This document shows, piece after piece, positions 1 through 8,801 of a stretch of DNA of 64,000 bases. The notes under the pieces are model-generated. The model saw only the letters and a program-made list of their open reading frames with translations. It ran no database searches and was not told where the DNA came from. Made by a program: the position numbers and the translations under genes. How positions within the stretch are numbered: position 1 is the stretch's first letter; each line of letters starts with the position of its first letter. Source of the DNA: an uncultured Chloroflexia bacterium (GTDB lineage: Bacteria; Chloroflexota; UBA6077; JACCZL01); the NCBI GenBank assembly GCA_963765765.1, contig CAVXYC010000020.1:192001-256000 (forward strand). Reading direction: 5' to 3'.

Positions 1-390
1 GACGGCGACACGATTCTGGTCCAGGCTGACCCAGCCGGCCCGACTTGCCACACTGGTGAGCCAAGCTGCTTTTTCACGCCACTGAAGTCTGCAGAGACCG
101 CTCCTCCCTCGTTCGAGGTGGCGGATGATTTGTGGGGCACCATCCTCCAGAGGATTCGCGAGAATCCCGACGGCTCTTACGTCAGTAAGCTCGTTGCATC
201 TGGCGTCGACCGGGTCTCGAAGAAGGTGGGCGAAGAGGCCACCGAAGTGGTCATCGCGGCGAAAAACCATAACAAAGATGAGATCGCGCGCGAAATGGCA
301 GATCTATGGTTCCATTCCATGGTGCTGCTTGCGAGCGAGGGTATGACTCCGGCGGATGTCTGGGCGGAGCTGCACCGACGGCGGAAATAG
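1..390 (+). CDS. hisIE: Bifunctional phosphoribosyl-AMP cyclohydrolase/phosphoribosyl-ATP pyrophosphatase (5' truncated by window)
   Basis: Frame 1 from base 1 reads [25 protein letters not shown] (HisI), continuing in frame into [29 protein letters not shown] (HisE). Confidence 0.93.
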   Translation, partial: DGDTILVQADPAGPTCHTGEPSCFFTPLKSAETAPPSFEVADDLWGTILQRIRENPDGSYVSKLVASGVDRVSKKVGEEATEVVIAAKNHNKDEIAREMADLWFHSMVLLASEGMTPADVWAELHRRRK

Positions 391-407
391 GGGGCACTTT
401 ACCCAGC

Positions 408-503
408 GTAGTGCCGACCCTTTACGGGTGGCACCTAAGGGACCCTAGCCGCGATTTGTAGCTGGCTAACTAGGAGATGGCGCCCATAAAGCGCCGCCAC
501 TAG
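408..503. repeat. Degenerate GTAG-type REP doublet (REPIN) between convergent genes
   Basis: gtagtgccgaccctttacgggtggcacc plus an imperfect inverted copy gatggcgcccataaagcgccgccactag. Same family as 51162-51254. Confidence 0.55.
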
Positions 504-517
504 AGTCACGTTCCGGC

Positions 518-1408
518 TCAGCTCTCGGCCGCCGCAACGTCCGCTTCACTGCCCCGCATGCCTTCGAAGGCCGCAATCGCCACTTCAATCTGCGAAGTAT
601 CAGGCCGCTTCGTTGTGATTGCCTGCACCAGGAGCCCGGGCGCAATGATGAGCTTCATCAGTGGATTATCAGGATGCGCTCCACCGAATTTCAGGATCTC
701 GTAGGCCACGCCCGCCAGAAGCGGAATAAGGACGACTCTTGAAAGTGCTCGGGTGATGAGATCCGTGGCCGGTATCAGCGCAAAGACAACGATTGAGATT
801 CCAACGATCAGAATCAAGAACGCTGTTCCACAGCGCGGATGTGCCGTTGGGTACTTCTCCACCTCTCGCGGGACCAGCGGGTCGTCATGCTCAAACGCAT
901 GAATCGTCATGTGCTCTGCGCCGTGGTACATGTACACGCGCTGAATATCCGGAAACAGCCCAATGAGACTTACATAGCCGATGAAGAGGCCAAGGCGAAC
1001 GACGCCTTCAACAACGTGCGCCCACCACCAGGACTGAAGCCACTGCTCCGCCAGGCCGGCGATGAAGACCGGTGTTACGAAGAAGATGCCAATGCCCAGG
1101 AGTAACGCCATGGCGACGCTTCCCCAGGCAACGGACTTCGGAAGCTGTGCTGATTCCTCTTCCACCGCAACGTCGGCGGAGAACATTAGCGCCTTCATGC
1201 CCAGCCCGAGAGTGTCCCAGAGCATCGTGAGCCCGCGAATAAATGGCGTCTTGGCCACCCAGCCTCTATAGATGGTCTTAGGCAGCGGTTCGGCATGCAC
1301 TACGATGTTGCCGCTGGGCGCTCGCACCGCCACAGCCATCGATGTGCGGCCACGCATCATGACGCCCTCGAGCACCGCCTGGCCGCCATAGAAGACGCGC
1401 TGGGCCAT
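518..1408 (-). CDS. DUF1385 (YqhQ-like) membrane protein, putative metal-dependent enzyme
   Basis: Starts MAQRVFYGGQAVLEGVMMRG; has YHGAEH and HPRCGTAF motifs. Start trimmed to the ATG after the rpmE terminator. Confidence 0.9.
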   Translation of the reverse strand: MAQRVFYGGQAVLEGVMMRGRTSMAVAVRAPSGNIVVHAEPLPKTIYRGWVAKTPFIRGLTMLWDTLGLGMKALMFSADVAVEEESAQLPKSVAWGSVAMALLLGIGIFFVTPVFIAGLAEQWLQSWWWAHVVEGVVRLGLFIGYVSLIGLFPDIQRVYMYHGAEHMTIHAFEHDDPLVPREVEKYPTAHPRCGTAFLILIVGISIVVFALIPATDLITRALSRVVLIPLLAGVAYEILKFGGAHPDNPLMKLIIAPGLLVQAITTKRPDTSQIEVAIAAFEGMRGSEADVAAAES

Positions 1409-1425
1409 CAACGAAAGGCAGGCCC

Positions 1426-1461
1426 AAAAGAAAAGCGTGGGCCACCGGAGTGGACCCACGC
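1426..1461 (-). terminator. Rho-independent terminator after rpmE
   Basis: Minus strand gcgtgggtccac-tccg-gtggcccacgc followed by ttttctttt. Confidence 0.75.
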
Positions 1462-1494
1462 GTCTAACAGCAGCGTACTCTGGGAAGTAAGCGC

Positions 1495-1698
1495 TCAGCG
1501 CTTCTTCTCCATCCGCCTCTTGAATCGCTCTACCTGTCCCGCGGTATCCACCAGGCGCTGCTCGCCGGTGAAGAAGGGATGACAGCGGGAGCACACATCT
1601 ACACGAAGCTGCTGCCTCGTGGATCGTGTTTTCCACGTGCTACCGCAACCACACGTGACGGTTGCTTCCTGGTAATCTGGATGAATTCCGGTCTTCAC
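1495..1698 (-). CDS. rpmE: 50S ribosomal protein L31 (zinc-binding type)
   Basis: [37 protein letters not shown]. Confidence 0.97.
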   Translation of the reverse strand: MKTGIHPDYQEATVTCGCGSTWKTRSTRQQLRVDVCSRCHPFFTGEQRLVDTAGQVERFKRRMEKKR

Positions 1699-1716
1699 GA
1701 CCTAACCTCTCTGGAC

Positions 1717-1974
1717 CTACTCTGCTACGAGAACGTTGACGCGCTTGCGCTCTTTGGTGGCGTTATCAAACATCACCTTGCCGTCGATCAGCGCAAAAAG
1801 CGTGTGATCGCGGCCAACGCCAACGTTCAATCCGGGCTTGTACGGAGTACCGCGCTGACGCACAAGTACTTCGCCAGCGCGTACGGGTGAACCGTCTCCC
1901 CTCTTGACTCCAAGCCGCTGCCCGGGACTATCGCGGCCGTTGCGGGAGCTCCCGCCACCTTTCTTATGAGCCAA
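1717..1974 (-). CDS. rpmA: 50S ribosomal protein L27
   Basis: [24 protein letters not shown]; TTG start. Confidence 0.98.
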   Translation of the reverse strand: MAHKKGGGSSRNGRDSPGQRLGVKRGDGSPVRAGEVLVRQRGTPYKPGLNVGVGRDHTLFALIDGKVMFDNATKERKRVNVLVAE

Positions 1975-1976
1975 TC

Positions 1977-2291
1977 CTATGCTCCTACGATCTCGTTGAT
2001 CTTCACGCGAGTGTAGGGCTGGCGATGTCCGGTGAGTCGTCGGTAACGCACCTTTGACTTGTAACGGAACACCTTGATCTTCTCACCCTTATGCTCGCCA
2101 ATAACCTCAGCAACGACCTTGGCACCACTTACCAGCGGTGCGCCAACCTGCACATTGTCGCCGTCCGAGACCATCAGGACTCGATCAAGCTCCACGGTGC
2201 TGCCGTCTTCGACAGCCATGAGATCGAGATCGACCTCGTCCCCAGGCTGGACACGATATTGTTTTCCGCCCGATTGGACGATCGCGTACAT
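1977..2291 (-). CDS. rplU: 50S ribosomal protein L21
   Basis: [21 protein letters not shown]. Confidence 0.97.
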   Translation of the reverse strand: MYAIVQSGGKQYRVQPGDEVDLDLMAVEDGSTVELDRVLMVSDGDNVQVGAPLVSGAKVVAEVIGEHKGEKIKVFRYKSKVRYRRLTGHRQPYTRVKINEIVGA

Positions 2292-2342
2292 CACGCGTCC
2301 TTGTGAACAAGATAAATCCGCGGACGCAGCCGCGGCTCCGAC

Positions 2343-2351
2343 ATTCTAACA
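2343..2351 (-). promoter_or_regulatory. Extended -10 promoter for rplU operon
   Basis: TGTTAGAAT on the minus strand about 50 nt upstream of rplU. Confidence 0.55.
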
Positions 2352-2382
2352 AACGACGAAGCGCCCCAACAAATTCCCGGGG

Positions 2383-2967
2383 TTAGGCCTGGTCCTCGAT
2401 GTCGCATGTTTGGTCCTGTTGCCCGGGCTCCATGGCCGCTAGCTCTTCCAACGACGGCAGATCCGAGAGCGAGCTGATACCCATGCGCTCGAGAAGCTGC
2501 AGGCTCGTCCCGAACAGCACGGGCCGCCCCACGGTCTCTCGTCTACCGACTTCTTCAATCAGGCCATGCGCCAGAAGCGTCGCCACTGCCCGATCGCTAT
2601 TCACACCTCTGAGCTGATCGATATCCGCGCGCGTTGAGGGCTGCCGGTATGCGACGATCGCCAGCACTTCCAGCGTGGCTCGAGAGAGCTTCACCGGAGG
2701 CCCGGCGCGCAATCGAGCTACAGTGTCCGACCACTCTGGTGCGGTGACCAACTGCAGGCGGTCTGCGTGACGCTGGACCAGTAAGCCAGGCGGGGGAATC
2801 GCGAGCAGATCTGTCACGGCACGCTCGACCTCACGGCGCGAGGCCTCGAGAGCCGACGCAAGCTGCTCGATCTCGAGAGGCTCATCTGCGGAATAGAGCA
2901 ACGCGACAATGCCGTTCGACAGTGCCGATGTCAGCTCGGGTGATCCGATATGGTCGAGTGTCAGCAT
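2383..2967 (-). CDS. scpB: SMC-Scp complex subunit ScpB
   Basis: LSRATLEVLAIVAYRQPSTRADIDQLRGVNS..GRRETVGRPVLFGT. Confidence 0.93.
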   Translation of the reverse strand: MLTLDHIGSPELTSALSNGIVALLYSADEPLEIEQLASALEASRREVERAVTDLLAIPPPGLLVQRHADRLQLVTAPEWSDTVARLRAGPPVKLSRATLEVLAIVAYRQPSTRADIDQLRGVNSDRAVATLLAHGLIEEVGRRETVGRPVLFGTSLQLLERMGISSLSDLPSLEELAAMEPGQQDQTCDIEDQA

Positions 2968-5829
2968 TATTGGAATACTCGCATCATTCGTCGGCCAATG
3001 ATTGCCAGCACCAGCACGACACCAAGCGTCACCGCCGAGACAATCCCACCCATTCTCAATGTCGCGGGATCGTACACGAATCTCACGGCATGCCGCCCGC
3101 TGGGCACCTCGATAGCCCGAAAATGGACATTGGCCCGGTACGTTGGTGTGGGGGAGCCGTCTATCTCAGCCACCCAGCCAGGATAGTAAGCGTCACTGAG
3201 CACCAGGAGCCCGGCTGAGCTGGCATCCACGTCAATTAGGATTTCTTCCGGCAAACTTCGTACCAGGTCGGCCCGCTCCTCCGCTCGCTGTGCGTCCAGC
3301 AATACGGAGACGTTGGGCTCCAGTAATGTGGGCGTGCGTGGGCTCCAGTCCGGCTCGAACATCGCCACGTTTGCGTCCTCGTCGGTGAGTGCTACTGCTC
3401 GATGTGTCAGAAACGCACGCGGCAAAGCATCGGAACGGACGTATACACGCTCGTCGCCTGTCGTGTGGGCCGTCAGCGTCGGGTCCAATATGAGTGCCTG
3501 CTGTTGCCTGTTCTGATTCCCAAGGAGGGTAGCTCCAGCGACGATGACGCGTGCATCGGTGGAGACGTTCTCGATCTCGAGGTGTTCCAGCGATTGGAGA
3601 CCTAGATTTACATCTACGAGCGTGGTACTGGGGAGACCAGAAGATGCCCTCCAGGGTGGCACCACTGTTCCCGCGGCCCTCCCCGAGGCAACGTCCGCCG
3701 CCAGAGGCACGCTAATGCCCGCGGTGAGCGGAATCACTGTTTGACGACCGGAAATATCCGACGCGCGAATCGCCAGCAGCGAATCTCCGACCCGGGGCGA
3801 CACATCTTCGAAGCCAATGAGCAACGCCAAACGCGAGGCCGGCCAATCTGGCAGACCTGTTGGGCTTACTGACTGACTCGGCTGTATTCGAGTCTCCACA
3901 GCGCGGTCGAATCCAACGCCGTTCACCTCCACGTCCTTCTCGGAGGACGCGACGACCGCGTTCACCGCGAAAGCATCCATCGCGGACTTCCTTGGGATGG
4001 CATCAAGCGAGCTGATCAGAACGCCATCAGGTCGAATGTCCCCCAGCGGGTGGAAAAGCGATGCGGCGAGAACAAAATTTTTCAGCGGAAAGACTCCGCC
4101 GTCATACCCATCAACCGAGGGAGCTCGATACACGGCCGGCAGATTGGGCGCCTGCACGTCGGCCCATTTAATCGCAGTCAGGAGCAGATCGAAGGCGTAG
4201 GCGCTGAGATTGGGAGCCTGTTCTCGCAATTCCGCTGTGCGCTTGGGCTGATAGCCATCTCCAGCGATACTTAGTGACCGGAATGACGGATGGAGGGCTT
4301 GAAGCGCTCGAGCCGTCTCAGACTCGGCCTTCCAGGCGATCTCAGGCACGGCGTGACTGAACGGAAGGTCCACGCGCGCGGCCAGAAGCTCACACGCAAC
4401 CAGGAGTATCCCGATTGACATTACGAGCGGTCGCACCCGGGTGACCCGTAGGAGCCACAGGAGCAACGTGACCGCCAACAGAGCGAGCCAGGCGTTGATT
4501 GCAAGAGCGGGCACAGCGTAATTGGCGGTTACTTCGGCTGACTGACTGGCCCACACTGCCAGTGCGACTGGAATGGACCCGATGGCGAGCGCAGCCCCCC
4601 TCCACATCCCGCTCACCGCCACGACTGTACCGAGCCCGGCACCGGCCAGCATACTGACGCACACGGTCCATGGAAGAAGCCATCGCGACGGAGCGCGAAA
4701 AGCGTCCAAACCTGGTACGACGCCAAAGAGCGACTCAAATACCGGGAAGTTGCTTCCGAGCGCCAACAGCAAGCTGACCATCGCCGCGACGGCCACCCAG
4801 CTTTGCCTGCCGGCCATCGCGGTAGTGACGCCCAGGATCGCGAGAGTCAAGCCAGAAGCACCAATGAATCCAAGGAACTCTGTGCTGGGAGGATTCTCAG
4901 TAAAGCCGGGCAGGAGCGCGAGGGGCAAAAGCCACGGCGGCAACGAGCTGGCGACTGCTTCTCCAATGGAAAGACCGCCAGATCGAATGCCGAGCCGCGT
5001 GGCCTCCAGCGTGGGGAGAAGCTGCACGGCAGCGAGGCCGCACCGCCAGGACACCGGCCAGAATGACAACGGTAGACTGCGCCACCCAGAGGCGCGGCTC
5101 AGACGACGCGATAGTCCAGACGAGCATGAACGCAAGCAGAATCAGCGTCATGTACGTCACCTGGGGATGCCCCGCCATCAGCTGGAGTCCAAGGAGCACC
5201 GCGGCGATCAACGACCAGCGCACACTGATCCGTGAGATTGATCGATGGACCGCAAGCAGGATCAGCGGAAGCAGCGCTGCGGCCGAAAGCTGGTTGAGGT
5301 GGCCGCCCTGGGCGGTGATGGCCCCGCTCAGCATGTAACAAACGCCAGCCACAATCCCGCCGATACGACCAACGTTGAAGACTGCACGGGTCAGCAAGGA
5401 CATCGCCCACCCGGCGAGCGCCGTGTGCACCACCAGGTTCACCGTGTACGCGTACGGCGTTGGGAGAAGCAGGAAGATCCATGTCCCCGGATAAAACACG
5501 GCCGACTGAGGATTGGCGAGGTGTGGAATCCCGGCAAAGATGTAAGGATTCCACAACGGAAGCTGGCCCTGCAGTAGCCTCGAAGCCGTGTACTCCCGAT
5601 TTGCATAGAAGTACACAAACGCGTCGTAGTCCACGAGAATCAGCCCCTGGAACACCAGCTTCCAGTACGCCAGGCAGGCGATAAGGGCGAAGAAGATCAC
5701 CACACATGCTTCCAGCACCAGCCCCTGTGAGCGCGGGCGTCCCGCCCGTCCCCGGGAACCGGGTTCGGACAGGCGGCGAACGCGAGAACTGGGGACGGGC
5801 GGGACGCCCGCGCTCGCCGAAGCGGTCAA
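2967..5829 (-). CDS. YfhO-family (GT-C fold) membrane glycosyltransferase, frameshifted near 5040
   Basis: N-part GQLPLWNPYIFAGIPHLANPQSAVFYP..AGHPQ; C-part GLAAVQLLP..LLVLSDAYYPGWVAEIDG..RANVHFRAIEVPSGRH. Frames switch at gcggtgcggcctc. Probable TTG start at 5829 behind GGAGGGG, overlapping the RAYT stop. Confidence 0.8.
5729..5815. repeat. REPIN: perfect 25-bp inverted repeat with 37-nt spacer
   Basis: gagcgcgggcgtcccgcccgtcccc (5729-5753) / ggggacgggcgggacgcccgcgctc (5791-5815). Each arm has an internal palindrome gcggg-cgt-cccgc. Confidence 0.9.
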
Positions 5830-6419
5830 CCACCCCTCCGAGATGCGCTGCTCCATTCGCACTGGGTCGCGTCAGGAGCCAGACCCGCCTTAACGGGGTT
5901 CCCTTCAATGTAGGCAATGGTCGCTTGAATGTGGTCGTCGTTACGCATGAACCGGTAATAGTAGTCGGCTTGCCAGACTCGACCGGAGCGGTTCTGACGC
6001 GAATTGACGGTCTTCGCCGAGAACGATTTCCAAGAGTGCGCAACCGCTCCGATGGAGAACCCGTCTACGGGCCGAATCAGAACATGGACGTGATTTGGCA
6101 TCACGCGCCAGGCGATGATCTGATAACGCTCGTCATCGAAGTGGAAAAGGGCATCCTGGACGATGCGAGCAAACTCAGGACTGCGTAACAAGCAATCACC
6201 GGAGCCTGTATCCAAAAGTGACTCAATGCGGGCACGCCTCGTGGACGATTCGGTTTCTGGGTCTAGAGTGCGCATGAACTCTGACGACAAAGCATCAGCG
6301 AGTCGAAATGTCACGGCTTGTATGCAATCGGCGGAATCGAAATGAGGTAGGTAGAGGCGAGAAGGCCAGCCTTTCTTGGCGGAGCTCGCCGGGTTTGAAT
6401 TCGGAGCTTTTTCAATCAA
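5826..6419 (-). mobile_element. REP-associated tyrosine transposase (RAYT, HUH/Y1 family)
   Basis: YLPHFD..QAVTFRLADAL, HUH motif MPNHVHVL, WKSFSA, VWQ, YIEGNPVKAGL, WSS. Flanked by REP copies. Confidence 0.88.
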
Positions 6420-6440
6420 TTGAGCTTATCCACGGAGCGC

Positions 6441-6462
6441 CGGGCGGGACGCCCGCGCTCAC
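6441..6462. repeat. Third copy of the RAYT-associated REP
   Basis: cgggcgggacgcccgcgctcac is the exact reverse complement of 5727-5748. Confidence 0.88.
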
Positions 6463-6466
6463 GGGC

Positions 6467-7156
6467 TTAGCCGAAAAACCGGTACCGCAGCAGCGTTGCA
6501 AGGACCGTCAACGCATCGCGCCAGCCGATCTTCTTTCCTTCCCAGTACTCGCGGCCGGCGTAGGAGATCGGCACTTCGTAGATCCGGTAGCCGAGCTTGA
6601 GGATGGAGGCGGTGATTTCCGGATCGAATCCCCAGCGCTCTGACTTCAGCTTGATCTTTCGAGCGATCTCAGCGGTGAAGACCTTGTAGCAAGTCTCCAT
6701 GTCCGTAAGAGTTGAATCGAACAGGATGTTCGTCACCAGGGTCAAGAGCTGATTGCCCACGCTATGCCAGAAGTACATCGCCTTGTGCTCGCCGAGAAAG
6801 CGAGAGCCGTACACGACCTCGGCTTTCCCGGTGAGAATCGGTCGGAGCAATATCGGGTAGTCGGCCGGATCGTATTCGAGATCAGCATCCTGAATCAGAA
6901 GGATGTCACCGGTCGCACGGCGGAGCCCTTCTCGTACGGCTGCGCCCTTACCCCGGTTCCGCGACTGCAGGAATAACTTGATGTCCCCGGAGTCAGCTCG
7001 TTGTCTCAGAATTTCTCGAGTGCCGTCGGACGATCCGTCGTCCACGACCAGGATCTCCTTCTCGATACCATCGAGAGGAACCGCCAGAACCTGGTCGAGT
7101 AGCTTCTCGACAGTATCGCGTTCGTTGTAAGCCGGGATAACTATCGAGAGCTTCAG
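6467..7156 (-). CDS. GT2 glycosyltransferase (DPM1/polyprenol-phosphate glycosyltransferase-like), probable CTG start
   Basis: Frame extends upstream of the listed ORF to [21 protein letters not shown]; also [32 protein letters not shown]. Confidence 0.88.
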   Translation of the reverse strand: MKLSIVIPAYNERDTVEKLLDQVLAVPLDGIEKEILVVDDGSSDGTREILRQRADSGDIKLFLQSRNRGKGAAVREGLRRATGDILLIQDADLEYDPADYPILLRPILTGKAEVVYGSRFLGEHKAMYFWHSVGNQLLTLVTNILFDSTLTDMETCYKVFTAEIARKIKLKSERWGFDPEITASILKLGYRIYEVPISYAGREYWEGKKIGWRDALTVLATLLRYRFFG

Positions 7157-8682
7157 GGCAATTTCTCCAGGTCACCCGGGTCAGCTCCCGGTGCAAAGAT
7201 CCATTGATCGACACCGCGATGCCGAACAACGTCGTACAGATAGTACGTGTGACCGATCGCCTGAAGCACGGGCTCCGGGTAGAGCTGCGCATCGAGAACG
7301 ATCCAGTTGAATCGGTGCGATGCAACGTCCGCGAGCAGCCGCTCACCGCTCCAGTGGCCGCTTGTGTGGAGATTACGAAGGTGCGTGGCGTTTCCAACAA
7401 CTTCCCTGCCGCCCACTAGAGCGTAGCTGGCGTCCTCTATCAGCGTTGGTCCTGGATTTGTATCGAGAATTCGGAGAATCTCCCAACCTGCAAGCGCATC
7501 GTCTCCACGGGGCGTGGAGCCCAGGGCTTCGGACTGAATCCCAAGATCACCCTGAATTCCGAGATACTTCGAGAATGGCTCATGGGCAAAAAGACCGACC
7601 TGAGCCAGCAGTGCCACGGATGCGAGCAGGAGCGTAGCTGGCCGCGTGGCGAGAGCACTGAGAGTGCAGCCCGCCAGGACACATATCGCCACGATCAGGC
7701 CGAGAAAGTACGATTCGCCGGCTCCCCATTTCCCAACGCCTATGACGGTCGGCAAGCTAGCCAGGACGTACAGCCAATACCGTCCACCGGGCCTCCAACG
7801 AAGGGCCAGCAGCACGACAAGCAACATGCCCGCGTGGATGACACTGAAATTGGTCCAGTAGGCGATAGCTTGCCCCCAGCTCCAGGGATTGAGATTTCCC
7901 TGAACTGTATTGAGCCAGAAGCCGCCGCCACTGAATCGCTCCGCTATTCCGAGCACAAGCAACCCGGACACGCCTGTGATGACCGTGACTGGAAGCGCGA
8001 TTGATGGCCTGGTAACTAGTCCGTATCCGAGTGCCAGCACCAGGACCGGAATTGCGGTGGGCTTGGTAAACGCCGCGACGCCCAGAAAAGCCGCCCCAGC
8101 GGCAAAGGCCAATCTCCCGCGAGAGAAGCACAGGATGACTCCAGCGAGAGAGAAGAGCTCGGTCAGCGCGTTGACACGTGCAAGAGGGGTCGTGTGAAAA
8201 ACGTACGGAGATGCGAGATAGAGAAGCCCCGCGATGAGGGCGGCGATCGACGTTCCTCGCTCTCGTATGACCGCCACGCCGATGAGCACTGCCGTCAGGA
8301 TCGCCGCAATCGCGGAGAGTAGTCGTCCCGTGGCCAGGGTGGGTCCCATCGCAGCTATGAACGGCAAGAGCAGGACCGAGAAGACGGGCGGGTAGTTGGA
8401 CGAATAGTAGGGCCACTCCTCATTCGAGCTGTAGATCCCCAGACCTTGCGCCAACCGCCAACCGCTATTGACATCGTACCCCTCGCCTTGATCAAGGTCG
8501 AAGGGGTACGTGAGCAGTCCACTGACCCTTCCGAAGTAGGCCACGGCGTACAGGCAGAGCAACACAAAAACGATGGATGAAACGAGCCGCGCCGCCTCAC
8601 GCACGCCGGTGCGCTCCAGGCGCGCGGGAGCTACGCGAATAGCTCGTATCGGGATCGTGGGGGTCGCCACTGAACCAGCCAC
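7153..8682 (-). CDS. Polytopic membrane glycosyltransferase (GT-C, ArnT/PMT-like)
   Basis: Many TM segments; DLDQGEG acidic loop; NYPPVF; FTKP motif. Confidence 0.7.
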   Translation of the reverse strand: MAGSVATPTIPIRAIRVAPARLERTGVREAARLVSSIVFVLLCLYAVAYFGRVSGLLTYPFDLDQGEGYDVNSGWRLAQGLGIYSSNEEWPYYSSNYPPVFSVLLLPFIAAMGPTLATGRLLSAIAAILTAVLIGVAVIRERGTSIAALIAGLLYLASPYVFHTTPLARVNALTELFSLAGVILCFSRGRLAFAAGAAFLGVAAFTKPTAIPVLVLALGYGLVTRPSIALPVTVITGVSGLLVLGIAERFSGGGFWLNTVQGNLNPWSWGQAIAYWTNFSVIHAGMLLVVLLALRWRPGGRYWLYVLASLPTVIGVGKWGAGESYFLGLIVAICVLAGCTLSALATRPATLLLASVALLAQVGLFAHEPFSKYLGIQGDLGIQSEALGSTPRGDDALAGWEILRILDTNPGPTLIEDASYALVGGREVVGNATHLRNLHTSGHWSGERLLADVASHRFNWIVLDAQLYPEPVLQAIGHTYYLYDVVRHRGVDQWIFAPGADPGDLEKLP

Positions 8683-8801
8683 AGCGCTGACGACTATACC
8701 GAAAACACCGCCAAATCAGGCGGATATCACGTAGGTGAGCCGCATAAGATCAGGTCCGTCTTCCCTGGCCATAGGAGCGGGCTGCGGGAGCACACTGGAC
8801 A

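Noticed and set aside
1409-1636. N-terminal extension of the DUF1385 ORF (and similar extensions of rsmH, murF, yggS, argJ, argB)
   Set aside because: They overlap upstream genes or terminators; the conserved domains begin at downstream starts.
5099-6188. Alternative ORFs of 314 and 160 aa spanning the REPIN
   Set aside because: Arg/Pro/Gly-rich off-frame products overlapping the RAYT and YfhO-like genes.
6426-6434. DnaA-like box ttatccacg upstream of the RAYT
   Set aside because: Single imperfect copy, expected by chance.
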